Shown here in pieces: positions 17,193-25,137 of a stretch of DNA of 34,093 nucleotides. A model generated the notes under the pieces. The model was given only the letters and a program-made list of their open reading frames with translations. It was not told the DNA's origin and did not search any database. Every line of letters starts with the position of its first letter. Within the stretch, counting starts at the first letter, position 1. The position numbers and the translations under genes were made by a program. Source of the DNA: Chloroflexia bacterium. GTDB lineage: Bacteria > Chloroflexota > Chloroflexia > Thermomicrobiales > JALYUS01. The DNA is taken from assembly GCA_025928215.1 (NCBI GenBank), contig JAICJW010000002.1, positions 1 through 34,093 of the forward strand, in the 5' to 3' direction.

Positions 17193-19133
17193 ATGCGGGT
17201 CCGGTCGGGTCATTGGTTCTTTCGGCCTCTAGGAAAACTCTCCGTGCTCATGATGGCGTTGCCCCTCGTGCTCGCCGCCTGCGGTGGCAGCGCAACGAGC
17301 ACGCCGAGCACGCAAGCGACGACAACGGGCAATACACCGGCGACCGCCGCGACGGGCGCGGGGGCAGCGACGAAACCCGCGTCGAGCGTGGTTTCCAGCA
17401 CGTCCGCCGTCGGTAGTACGACGGCATCCAGCACAACCGCAGCCGGCACGGCTGCGTCCGGCACCGGTGTAACAACCGCGGGTACGGGTGCGGACCCGCG
17501 TGGCGCGGCGCCGACGAAGCGCGGCGGTGGTGGCACACTCCACGTCCTCTATTGGCAGGCGCCGACCATTTTGAACTTCCACCTCGCCCACGGGACGAAG
17601 GACGATGATGCCTCCCGCGTCATCGAGGAGCCGCTCGCGACCCTTTCGATCAATGCGGCGACGCCCGATATCCCGGTGCTGGCGAAGGAGATACCCTCCA
17701 CCGCTAACGGCGAACTGGCGGCGGATGGCACGAGCGTGACCTGGAAGCTGAAGGATGGCGTCAAGTGGTCCGACGGTACGCCCTTCACCTCCGCCGATGT
17801 CAAGGCGACATGGGAATATGTGATGAAGCCGCAGAGTGGCGCGACGGACATCGCCACCTTCGAGCCGATCGCCAGCATTGACACGCCGGACGCGACGACG
17901 GTGAAGATTACCTTCAAGGCGCCCACCGCCACCTGGTACTTTCCCTTCGCGGCAGGCGGCAGCGTCGTGTTGCAGAAAGCGCAACTGGACACCTGCACCG
18001 ATAAGGCGAGCTGCGTGGTGAATACCGCGCCGATTGGCACCGGACCCTTTAAGGTGAAGTCCTTCGTCTCCGGTGATAACGTGCAGTACGTCATCAACGA
18101 GAACTATCGCGAACCGAATGCGCCGTTTTTCGACGCGGTGGACTGGAAGGGCGGCGGCGATGCGGGTACGGCGGCGAAGGCTGTGATCGCCGGACAGGCG
18201 GATTTCGCCTGGAACCTGCAGGTGGATCCGTCCACGCTCAAGCAACTGACGGATTCGGGCGCGAAATTGAATCTCACGCCCGGCGGTGGTGTGGAGAAGG
18301 TGCTGTTCAACATGGCCGATCCGCGCACCGACGTGAACGGCGAGAAGAGTAGCCCACAGAGCAAGAACCCCTTCTGGTCGGATCCAATGGTGCGGCAGGC
18401 GGCGACCTATCTCATTGATCGCGCCAGCATCGCCAAGAACCTCTACGGCCCGGCAGGAAACGCGACGTGCAATATTCTGCCGAGCGTCCCGCCCCAGACC
18501 GTCTCGAAGAATACCCAGTGCTCCTTCGATGTCGCGAAGGCGAACCAACTTCTTGACCAGGCCGGTTGGGTGAAAGGCTCGGACGGTATCCGTGCCAAGA
18601 ATGGCGTCAAGTTCGCCATCACCTTCGCCTCGACCGTCAACCCGGTGCGCGAGAAGGAGGAGCAGGTGATGAAGCAGGCCTTCCAGCAGGCCGGTATTCA
18701 GATGGACATCCAGAATGCGGATTCCAGCGTCTTCTTTGGCCAGCCGGACAATCCGGATGCGGACGCTCGCTTCCTGCATGACCTCGAGATGTATACCAGC
18801 AGCCCGACGGTTCCTGATGCGGGCGACTGGTTCAAGAACTGGACGACCTCGCAGATTGCGCAGAAGTCCAACAACTGGTCGTTGCCTAACTACACGCGCT
18901 TCAGCGACCCGCAGTACGATGCGCTCGTGGCGCAGTTGCAGAAGGAACTGAACCCGGAGAAGCGGGCGCAGTTGCAGATTCAGTGCAACGATTACATCGT
19001 CAATCACTGGGTCGAGACCCCGATTGTAGATCGCAACTCGGTTGATGGGCGACGCGCCGACCTCATCAATACGAACCCGACCCCATGGGATTACGCCGCC
19101 TGGAATATCGCCTTCTGGCAAATCAAGAAGTAG
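17193..19133 (+). CDS. ABC transporter substrate-binding lipoprotein, family 5, copy 3
   Basis: ORF trimmed to ATG 17193 (MRVRSGHWFFRPLGKLSVLMMALPLVLAACGGS: signal peptide plus lipobox). It has the longest Ala/Thr/Ser/Gly tether of the three. SBP_bac_5 motifs: VTWKLKDGVKWSDGTPFTSADV and GTGPFKVKSFVSGD. Confidence 0.85.
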   Translation: MRVRSGHWFFRPLGKLSVLMMALPLVLAACGGSATSTPSTQATTTGNTPATAATGAGAATKPASSVVSSTSAVGSTTASSTTAAGTAASGTGVTTAGTGADPRGAAPTKRGGGGTLHVLYWQAPTILNFHLAHGTKDDDASRVIEEPLATLSINAATPDIPVLAKEIPSTANGELAADGTSVTWKLKDGVKWSDGTPFTSADVKATWEYVMKPQSGATDIATFEPIASIDTPDATTVKITFKAPTATWYFPFAAGGSVVLQKAQLDTCTDKASCVVNTAPIGTGPFKVKSFVSGDNVQYVINENYREPNAPFFDAVDWKGGGDAGTAAKAVIAGQADFAWNLQVDPSTLKQLTDSGAKLNLTPGGGVEKVLFNMADPRTDVNGEKSSPQSKNPFWSDPMVRQAATYLIDRASIAKNLYGPAGNATCNILPSVPPQTVSKNTQCSFDVAKANQLLDQAGWVKGSDGIRAKNGVKFAITFASTVNPVREKEEQVMKQAFQQAGIQMDIQNADSSVFFGQPDNPDADARFLHDLEMYTSSPTVPDAGDWFKNWTTSQIAQKSNNWSLPNYTRFSDPQYDALVAQLQKELNPEKRAQLQIQCNDYIVNHWVETPIVDRNSVDGRRADLINTNPTPWDYAAWNIAFWQIKK

Positions 19134-19151
19134 CGGCAGCACCGATCTTCT

Positions 19152-19188
19152 GCCCCCTCCCGGTCCGGGAGGGGGCTTTTTCTTCTTC
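19152..19188 (+). terminator. intrinsic terminator after SBP copy 3
   Basis: GCCCCCTCCC-ggtcc-GGGAGGGGGC followed by TTTTTCTTCTT. The stem is similar to the copy-2 terminator. Confidence 0.6.
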
Positions 19189-19252
19189 CATTCCCCTGGA
19201 ACGATGTATGATGGCCGCGGCGACAATCGGGGGCAGCAAGTAAGGGGGGCGC

Positions 19253-20512
19253 GTGGCGCGATGGCGGCGGAATCTGGCAGCGATCTGGGTCGCGCAGATG
19301 CTGGCAATCGTCGGCTTCAATACACGCTCGCCGTTCTACGTCTTCTTCCTGCGCGACGATCTCGGCGTCCATTCCGTGCGCGCATTGACGGTCTGGTCCG
19401 GCGTCCTGAATTCGGCGGGCGCGCTGACGATGATGATCGCCGCGCCCATCTGGGGCGTCGTCGCAGATCGCTATGGCCGTAAGCCGATGGTCGTTCGTGC
19501 GATGGGCTTCGCATTTATCCTCGCGACGCTCTCCTCGTTCGCGCAGCACCCGTGGCATCTCCTCGTTCTCCGCCTGCTCGAAGGTGCGACGATCGGGACG
19601 GTCTCGGCATCAATCGCGTTCGTAGCGAGTGAGGTGCCGAAAGAGCGGTTGGGGTTCAGCCTCGGGTTGATGCAGATGGCGGTTTTCTCCGGTGCGTCCA
19701 TCGGGCCGTTCGTCGGCGGCTATCTCTCCGATGCACTCGGCTACCGGCATACCCTCTGGGTCTCCGGCGCGCTTTTGGGCCTTGGCGGCCTCGTCGCACT
19801 GATCTTCGCGCGCGAGGACTTCGTGCCGCGCCCCATGACACAGGCGAAGCCTCCCTCGTTTTTGGCGATGACGCGCGGCCACTTGAGCAATAAGCTGCTG
19901 CTCGTCCTGATCGCCGTGCCGATGCTCGAACAGACGGCGAATCAGTCTGTCGCGCCGATTGTGCCGCTCTTCGTGCAGCACCTGATCAGCGCCGGGCAGA
20001 ACCCGGCCTCGATTACGGGCCTGATGCTCGGCCTCGGCGGGTTGGCGGGTGCGATCTCCGCCATCTTCTTCGGTCGAATGTCCGATCGGGTCAACCCGAA
20101 ATACATCCTGCTCGCCTGCTTGCTGATCGGCGGCTTTTCGTACGTTCCGCAGGGGCTTGCGCCGACGGTCTTCGTGCTCATCGGCTTCCGGCTGCTTTTC
20201 GGACTGACGACGGGCGGTGTTGGACCGACGACGAACGCGCTGATCGCGGAGATCACCCCGCCGGAGGAACGCGGCTCGGTCTTCGGCCTCCTGTCGGCCT
20301 CGACCTCAGCGGGCGGGTTGATCGGGCCACTCGGTGCGTCCGTCCTCGCTGCTGTGACGAGCCTGCGCGTCCCTTTCTTCCTTACCGGCATCACGCTGCT
20401 GCTTGCCGCACTCTGGGTCTGGCGGGAAGTGCCCCAATCCGTCGCCGATGCTGCTCGCGGCGATGCGCCGTTGCCGTCCCCCACGCCAAGCCCCGCCACG
20501 CGGCACTCGTAA
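19253..20512 (+). CDS. MFS transporter, 12-TMS DHA1/MdtG-like efflux type
   Basis: 419 aa. NLAAIWVAQMLAIVGF...PFYVFFLRDDLG...WSGVLNSAGALTMMIAAPIWGVVADRYGRKPMVV matches the MdtG-like N-terminal pattern, and multiple TM spans follow. GTG start. Confidence 0.85.
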   Translation: MARWRRNLAAIWVAQMLAIVGFNTRSPFYVFFLRDDLGVHSVRALTVWSGVLNSAGALTMMIAAPIWGVVADRYGRKPMVVRAMGFAFILATLSSFAQHPWHLLVLRLLEGATIGTVSASIAFVASEVPKERLGFSLGLMQMAVFSGASIGPFVGGYLSDALGYRHTLWVSGALLGLGGLVALIFAREDFVPRPMTQAKPPSFLAMTRGHLSNKLLLVLIAVPMLEQTANQSVAPIVPLFVQHLISAGQNPASITGLMLGLGGLAGAISAIFFGRMSDRVNPKYILLACLLIGGFSYVPQGLAPTVFVLIGFRLLFGLTTGGVGPTTNALIAEITPPEERGSVFGLLSASTSAGGLIGPLGASVLAAVTSLRVPFFLTGITLLLAALWVWREVPQSVADAARGDAPLPSPTPSPATRHS

Positions 20513-20547
20513 CGATGACGCGGCCACATTCAGGGGGTGGGGGCGGC

Positions 20548-21474
20548 TTACCCCTGCGGATGTTTCGCGCGTTGATGCACGAGCGTCGTCATTACCCGGT
20601 TCGCCGTCACATCAACGCCGTGGCGTTCGCCGAGGCGGACGATCGCACCGTTAATCGCATCAATCTCGGTCCGCCGCCCGGCGAGCACGTCTTCGAGCAT
20701 GGATGAGCGCTCTGTCCTCGTTGCCTCCGCGACCGCCCGCACAAAGTCTACGGGATCGCGCGGCGGTGCCGGAATCCCCTCCGCGCGCATCACACTCGCC
20801 GCTTCACCGACGAGCCGGCGTACGAGTGTCGCCATTTCCGGGTCGGTGAACAGGTCCCCATTGGGGAGATTGACAAGCGCGGTGAGCGCATTGATACCAA
20901 CATTGACGAGCAATTTTTGCCAGACATGCTCGAAAACATGGCGCGTCGTCCGCGTTGGAATGCCCGCCTCGGAAAATGTGGCGGCGATTGTTTCGAGTTC
21001 GGCGGGGCGTTGCCCATTTGGCAGGCCGATAATCGTCGGCCCGGTGGAGCGATGCCGCACCGCCGTCGGGCCAAGCGACGTCGCGGCCTGCGCCGTGACA
21101 CCGAGCGCAATCGTCACTCGCCGACCGAGGACGCGGGTGATTGCTTCGTCGTTGCCGATCCCGTTTTGCAGCGTAAGGATCATCGCCCGCGCCGGGATGC
21201 GGCCCGCAAACGGCTTCAAGGCGGCAGCAGTGAACGGCGTCTTGACGAAGAGAAGAAAGAGGTCAGCAGCGAGCGCCTCACTCGCATCGGTCGTCGTCGG
21301 CACCCGCACTGAGAGACGGGCACCATCCGATTCTTCGATCGTCAGATCCCGTTTGCGGAGCGCGGCGACGTGTTCGGCACGAACATCCACGAGCGTGACG
21401 GCATTGCCGGCACGTTGCAGGAGCGCCCCGAATAGGCTCCCCATCGCGCCCGCGCCGATCACCGTCACTTGCAT
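20548..21474 (-). CDS. panE: 2-dehydropantoate 2-reductase (ketopantoate reductase, ApbA/PanE family)
   Basis: ORF trimmed to MQVTVIGAGAMGSLFGALLQRAG (Rossmann GxGxxG). C-terminal ApbA_C pattern: SSMLEDVLAGRRTEIDAINGAIVRLGERHGV. Confidence 0.85.
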   Translation of the reverse strand: MQVTVIGAGAMGSLFGALLQRAGNAVTLVDVRAEHVAALRKRDLTIEESDGARLSVRVPTTTDASEALAADLFLLFVKTPFTAAALKPFAGRIPARAMILTLQNGIGNDEAITRVLGRRVTIALGVTAQAATSLGPTAVRHRSTGPTIIGLPNGQRPAELETIAATFSEAGIPTRTTRHVFEHVWQKLLVNVGINALTALVNLPNGDLFTDPEMATLVRRLVGEAASVMRAEGIPAPPRDPVDFVRAVAEATRTERSSMLEDVLAGRRTEIDAINGAIVRLGERHGVDVTANRVMTTLVHQRAKHPQG

Positions 21475-21529
21475 CGAGGCACACCTTCCCACGGTTGCGG
21501 CGCGGGCAGGCGACGGGGCAGCCCGCGTG

Positions 21530-23764
21530 TCACTTTGGCATCGCTTCATACTTCGTATAGATCGTCCGCGTGATCGGGGCGGCGTTTGCGCCGCCTTCGC
21601 CGCCTGCCTCGATCATTACCACTCCGGCTATCTGAGGGTTTTGCGCCGGGAAATACGACGCGAACCACGAGTGTGGATCCCCCGCCTGTTCAGCCGTACC
21701 CGTTTTTCCCGCGGCAGGTGGGTTGAACCCGGTAAAGACGCTCGTCGCCGTGCCTGTTGGTGTGGTCGTCACCTGCAGGAGCGCCTGCTGCATCACGGCG
21801 ATATTGGCCGCTGACGTGGGAATTTTCCCTTTCTGGACGGGGGGGTAATCCTTGAAGACGGTGCCATCCACATTGAGGATGCGCGAGACGAGGCGCGGCT
21901 GCCAGATCGTGCCACCATTGGCAATGCTGTTGTAGATGTTCGCCATCTGTAACGGCGTTACGAGCAGATACCCCTGACCAATCGAAAGGTTGATCGCGTC
22001 GCCCGTTGACCAGCCGTTGTGTTGGGTCTCGCGCTTCCACTGCGGGTCCGGCACGAGGCCGGGTTGTTCCGCCACTCCCTGAATGCCGGTCAACTGGCCG
22101 AGGCCAAATTGCCGGGCATAGGTCGGGAGGATGTTGGGATCGATATCGTCAAGTTTCTTACCGACCGTATAGAAGACGACGTCGCATGATTGAACGAGAC
22201 CTTCTTTGTACGTGACGGTGTGACGCGTCGGATTCCAGTCCTTGTACACATTCCCGCCGAGATCGAACGATCCGCCACACGGTAGGGTTTGATCGGCGGT
22301 GAAGCCGCCTTTTTCAAAACCGGCAGTCATCGTGACGACCTTGAAAATTGAGCCGGACGGATAAGTAGCCTGCGTCGCGCGGAAGAGTTGCGGGCGCTGC
22401 TGCTCGTTCGTTAGGTAGGCCAGTTCATCTTTGGTTGGCCCGAGGATGAACACATTGGGATCGAAGGTCGGATGGCTCGCAATCGCCAGCACATTGCCCG
22501 TCCCCGGTTCGAGCAGCACAACGCTGCCTACTTTGTCGCCGAGGGCATCTTCAGCCGCCTTCTGAATATCCACATCAATGGTCGTCGCCACGTCCAGGGA
22601 TTCCGTCTTCGCGCGGGAGGCGATTGTCGAGCGGATTGCGCCCGTGTCGGGGTCAATCACCGCCAGTTTGCCGCCCCGCTTCCCGGCCAGCAGTTCCTCA
22701 GCCCAGCCCTCGATCCCCGACTGACCGATCACGTCGCCGGAGCGGTATCCCTTTGGGCCGAGCGTCTTCAGTTGATCGGGGGATATTTCACCGAGATACC
22801 CGATCGCATGTGCCGCCAACGTACCATACGGATAGGTGCGTGCCTCCTGCGTATGTACCTCGACGCCGGGAATGGCATTCAGTTGCGCCACCGTGTCGTC
22901 AGGGGTGCTGTTCGGGATGTTTTTGACCGGCATGAACCACGTTGGCTGCCCGCTCTGATAGGCTTTCTTGATCGAAGCCTGATCCAACTTCAGGATGGTA
23001 CTAAGCCGGCTGAGCAGATCGGCCTCGTTGGCGATTTTCCCCGGCACCACGCCGACCTGCTTGATAAGACCTTCGACGGCGAGTGGCCGGCCCTTACGGT
23101 CGAGAATGCGGCCGCGAATCGGGTTGTCCGGGAAAAAGCGCACCAAGCCGTTGCCGTCCAATTCGCGGAAGATCAGCGAGGGTGTCCATTCGACGCGCCA
23201 GGCCGTGCCCTCATGGGTGAGCGGAATGACATTTTCCTGCGCGATGTTGCCGACCAGCGATGAGGTGAATGCCACTTTGATCCGGTATTGGGATGTGCCG
23301 GGTTCCTGACCGACTAATTGCACCTGTACGGCGGAGATGCCCGACTCCGCGAGAATATTTTCGTACCGCTTCTGGAAGGCATCCTGCGTGATGGCTGCCT
23401 CAGCACGTGTGGAGATGATTCGGTACATCGTCTGGTAATCGGAGGCGTTCCATGCCTGCACGTAGGTATCGGCGGCAGTCTGCGGATCGCTCAACGTGTT
23501 CGGCCCCGTCGGAACCGTCCCGTTCGCCGCGACGGGAATCACGCTGCTCGATGCGGGCGCTGTCGGCGCTCCCGCGCCACCCGTCGCGACACCGGCAGAA
23601 GCGACCGTCGCCTTGATCTCCTGGACCGAACTGCCCGATCGCCCGTGGATCGTCCACGCAAGCCAGCCACCACTGCCAATAATGGCAATGACGAGGACGA
23701 CGATGAGGAATTTGGGCCAGAGCGGTGGGCGCGTACGGGAGGAATAAGGGGAGTAATACCGCAC
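21530..23764 (-). CDS. penicillin-binding protein 2-type peptidoglycan D,D-transpeptidase with an NTF2-like (MecA_N-type) N-terminal domain
   Basis: N-terminal TM span WPKFLIVVLVIAIIGSGGWLAW. NTF2-like segment YVQAWNASDYQTMYRII...FQKRYENI. Transpeptidase motifs SGSIFK (SxxK) and GKTGTAE (KTG). GTG start with GGCGAGGAG upstream. Confidence 0.85.
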   Translation of the reverse strand: MRYYSPYSSRTRPPLWPKFLIVVLVIAIIGSGGWLAWTIHGRSGSSVQEIKATVASAGVATGGAGAPTAPASSSVIPVAANGTVPTGPNTLSDPQTAADTYVQAWNASDYQTMYRIISTRAEAAITQDAFQKRYENILAESGISAVQVQLVGQEPGTSQYRIKVAFTSSLVGNIAQENVIPLTHEGTAWRVEWTPSLIFRELDGNGLVRFFPDNPIRGRILDRKGRPLAVEGLIKQVGVVPGKIANEADLLSRLSTILKLDQASIKKAYQSGQPTWFMPVKNIPNSTPDDTVAQLNAIPGVEVHTQEARTYPYGTLAAHAIGYLGEISPDQLKTLGPKGYRSGDVIGQSGIEGWAEELLAGKRGGKLAVIDPDTGAIRSTIASRAKTESLDVATTIDVDIQKAAEDALGDKVGSVVLLEPGTGNVLAIASHPTFDPNVFILGPTKDELAYLTNEQQRPQLFRATQATYPSGSIFKVVTMTAGFEKGGFTADQTLPCGGSFDLGGNVYKDWNPTRHTVTYKEGLVQSCDVVFYTVGKKLDDIDPNILPTYARQFGLGQLTGIQGVAEQPGLVPDPQWKRETQHNGWSTGDAINLSIGQGYLLVTPLQMANIYNSIANGGTIWQPRLVSRILNVDGTVFKDYPPVQKGKIPTSAANIAVMQQALLQVTTTPTGTATSVFTGFNPPAAGKTGTAEQAGDPHSWFASYFPAQNPQIAGVVMIEAGGEGGANAAPITRTIYTKYEAMPK

Positions 23765-23966
23765 GTCAATCTCCTCGCCTTTTCAGGCATAGCTGGATAT
23801 TCGTACGGATGCCGCACATGCCGTAGAATTATTGTAAAGTGTACAAACGCTCGCGGGGTCGGTCAAGGGGAATTTCGGGCCGTTTTCCACGTCAATCGTG
23901 CCTGCCGAATTTGTGGTATCGTTTCAGGGGGCAGGATTCCCCACAGGGGGCATGGTAACATGACAA

Positions 23967-25097
23967 ATGGGCGAAATGCACACACCGATAATTTCTGACA
24001 CATCGAAACACCCGGCGAACCTCCTCATCGCCTCAACCAGTCCACTGAGCGGTAAAAGCGCGTTCGCGGTTGGCATTGGGCGCGCGCTACAAGGGCAGGG
24101 GTATGCGGTCGGTTACTGTCAACCGTTCCTGCTCGCTCATGACTATGACCAGTTGGCACCCGATCATGTCGGATTCATCCGCGAAGCATTGCGCCTGCGG
24201 GGCGAGAATGACGCGCGCATCGCTCCCGTGCATCTCTCCGCCGCTGATCTCGCGGATGCCTTGCGTGATTCCCGTGTGGCCACAAGCGATTTTCAAGGCG
24301 AAGTCGTGCGTGCCTTCGGGACGCTCGCATGCGACAAGGATGTCATGCTGATCGAAGGGCCGGATACGCGCGATGAGGGAAGCGTCCTCGGCTTGACCGC
24401 TGCGGACCAGGCATTGTTGCTCAATGCGCAGGTGCTCGTCGTCGTGCGCGGGCATGAATCGGCGTTGCTCGACCGGGTAATCGCATTCAAGCGGGAACTT
24501 GGCGACCGCCTTCTCGGTGTCGTACTCAATGTCATCCCGCGCGCCAGCCTCTCCTATTTCACCACGACGCTCGTACCGGCGCTCGAGCGCATGGGCGTGA
24601 TGGTGCTCGGTGTGCTGCCGGAGGACCGGACCCTCCGCTCCGTGAGCGCCGGTCAAGTCGCCAGTTATCTGGATGGCCGGATACTCTGCGCGGAAGAGCA
24701 GTCAGGCGCGCTGATCGAGCATGTCGTCGTCGGCGCGATGTCGGTAGAGACGGCGATTGATCATCTCAAGCGCCGCGAGCGGACCGCGCTCGTGACGGGT
24801 GGGGATCGCACCGATCTTCTCACCGCCGCCCTCGCGATGCCTGACGTTGTCGAAACGATGGCGGCGTTTATTCTGACCGGTGATCTCTATCCATCGCCGC
24901 GCATCCTCTCCGTCGCGGCAACAAAAGGCATACCGGTTGTCCTCGTTCGGCATGACACGCGCACCTCGACCGACCTTCTCGACAAGGTGTTTGGCCGGGT
25001 GCGGTTCGCGCAAGCACGCAAGATTGATCGCTTCAGCGCTTTGCTCGCGGAGCGGTTCGATTTCGTGCGTTTAGCGCAGGCCCTCGGCCTCGACTAA
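23967..25097 (+). CDS. DRTGG domain protein with a BioD/CobQ-like P-loop N-terminal domain (Pta N-terminal-like)
   Basis: LLIASTSPLSGKSAFAVGIGRAL (dethiobiotin-synthetase-like P-loop) and ALVTGGDRTDLLTAALAM (DRTGG motif). Start is uncertain (ATG 23967 or 23976) and no clear RBS is present. Confidence 0.7.
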   Translation: MGEMHTPIISDTSKHPANLLIASTSPLSGKSAFAVGIGRALQGQGYAVGYCQPFLLAHDYDQLAPDHVGFIREALRLRGENDARIAPVHLSAADLADALRDSRVATSDFQGEVVRAFGTLACDKDVMLIEGPDTRDEGSVLGLTAADQALLLNAQVLVVVRGHESALLDRVIAFKRELGDRLLGVVLNVIPRASLSYFTTTLVPALERMGVMVLGVLPEDRTLRSVSAGQVASYLDGRILCAEEQSGALIEHVVVGAMSVETAIDHLKRRERTALVTGGDRTDLLTAALAMPDVVETMAAFILTGDLYPSPRILSVAATKGIPVVLVRHDTRTSTDLLDKVFGRVRFAQARKIDRFSALLAERFDFVRLAQALGLD

Positions 25098-25137
25098 GGC
25101 TTCGTTGCCGCTCTCCAGAGGGTCGTGCCGCCAGATC

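Noticed and set aside
17229-19307. 692-aa minus-strand ORF antisense to SBP copy 3
   Set aside because: The product is Arg/Gly-rich with no recognisable domain. The plus strand encodes a full SBP_bac_5 lipoprotein paralogous to two neighbouring genes. It also runs through the terminator and into the next gene's start.
20699-21814. 371-aa plus-strand ORF spanning the panE and PBP2 3' regions on the opposite strand
   Set aside because: The product is Ser/Arg/Ala-rich and low in complexity. It crosses the boundary of two well-supported minus-strand genes.
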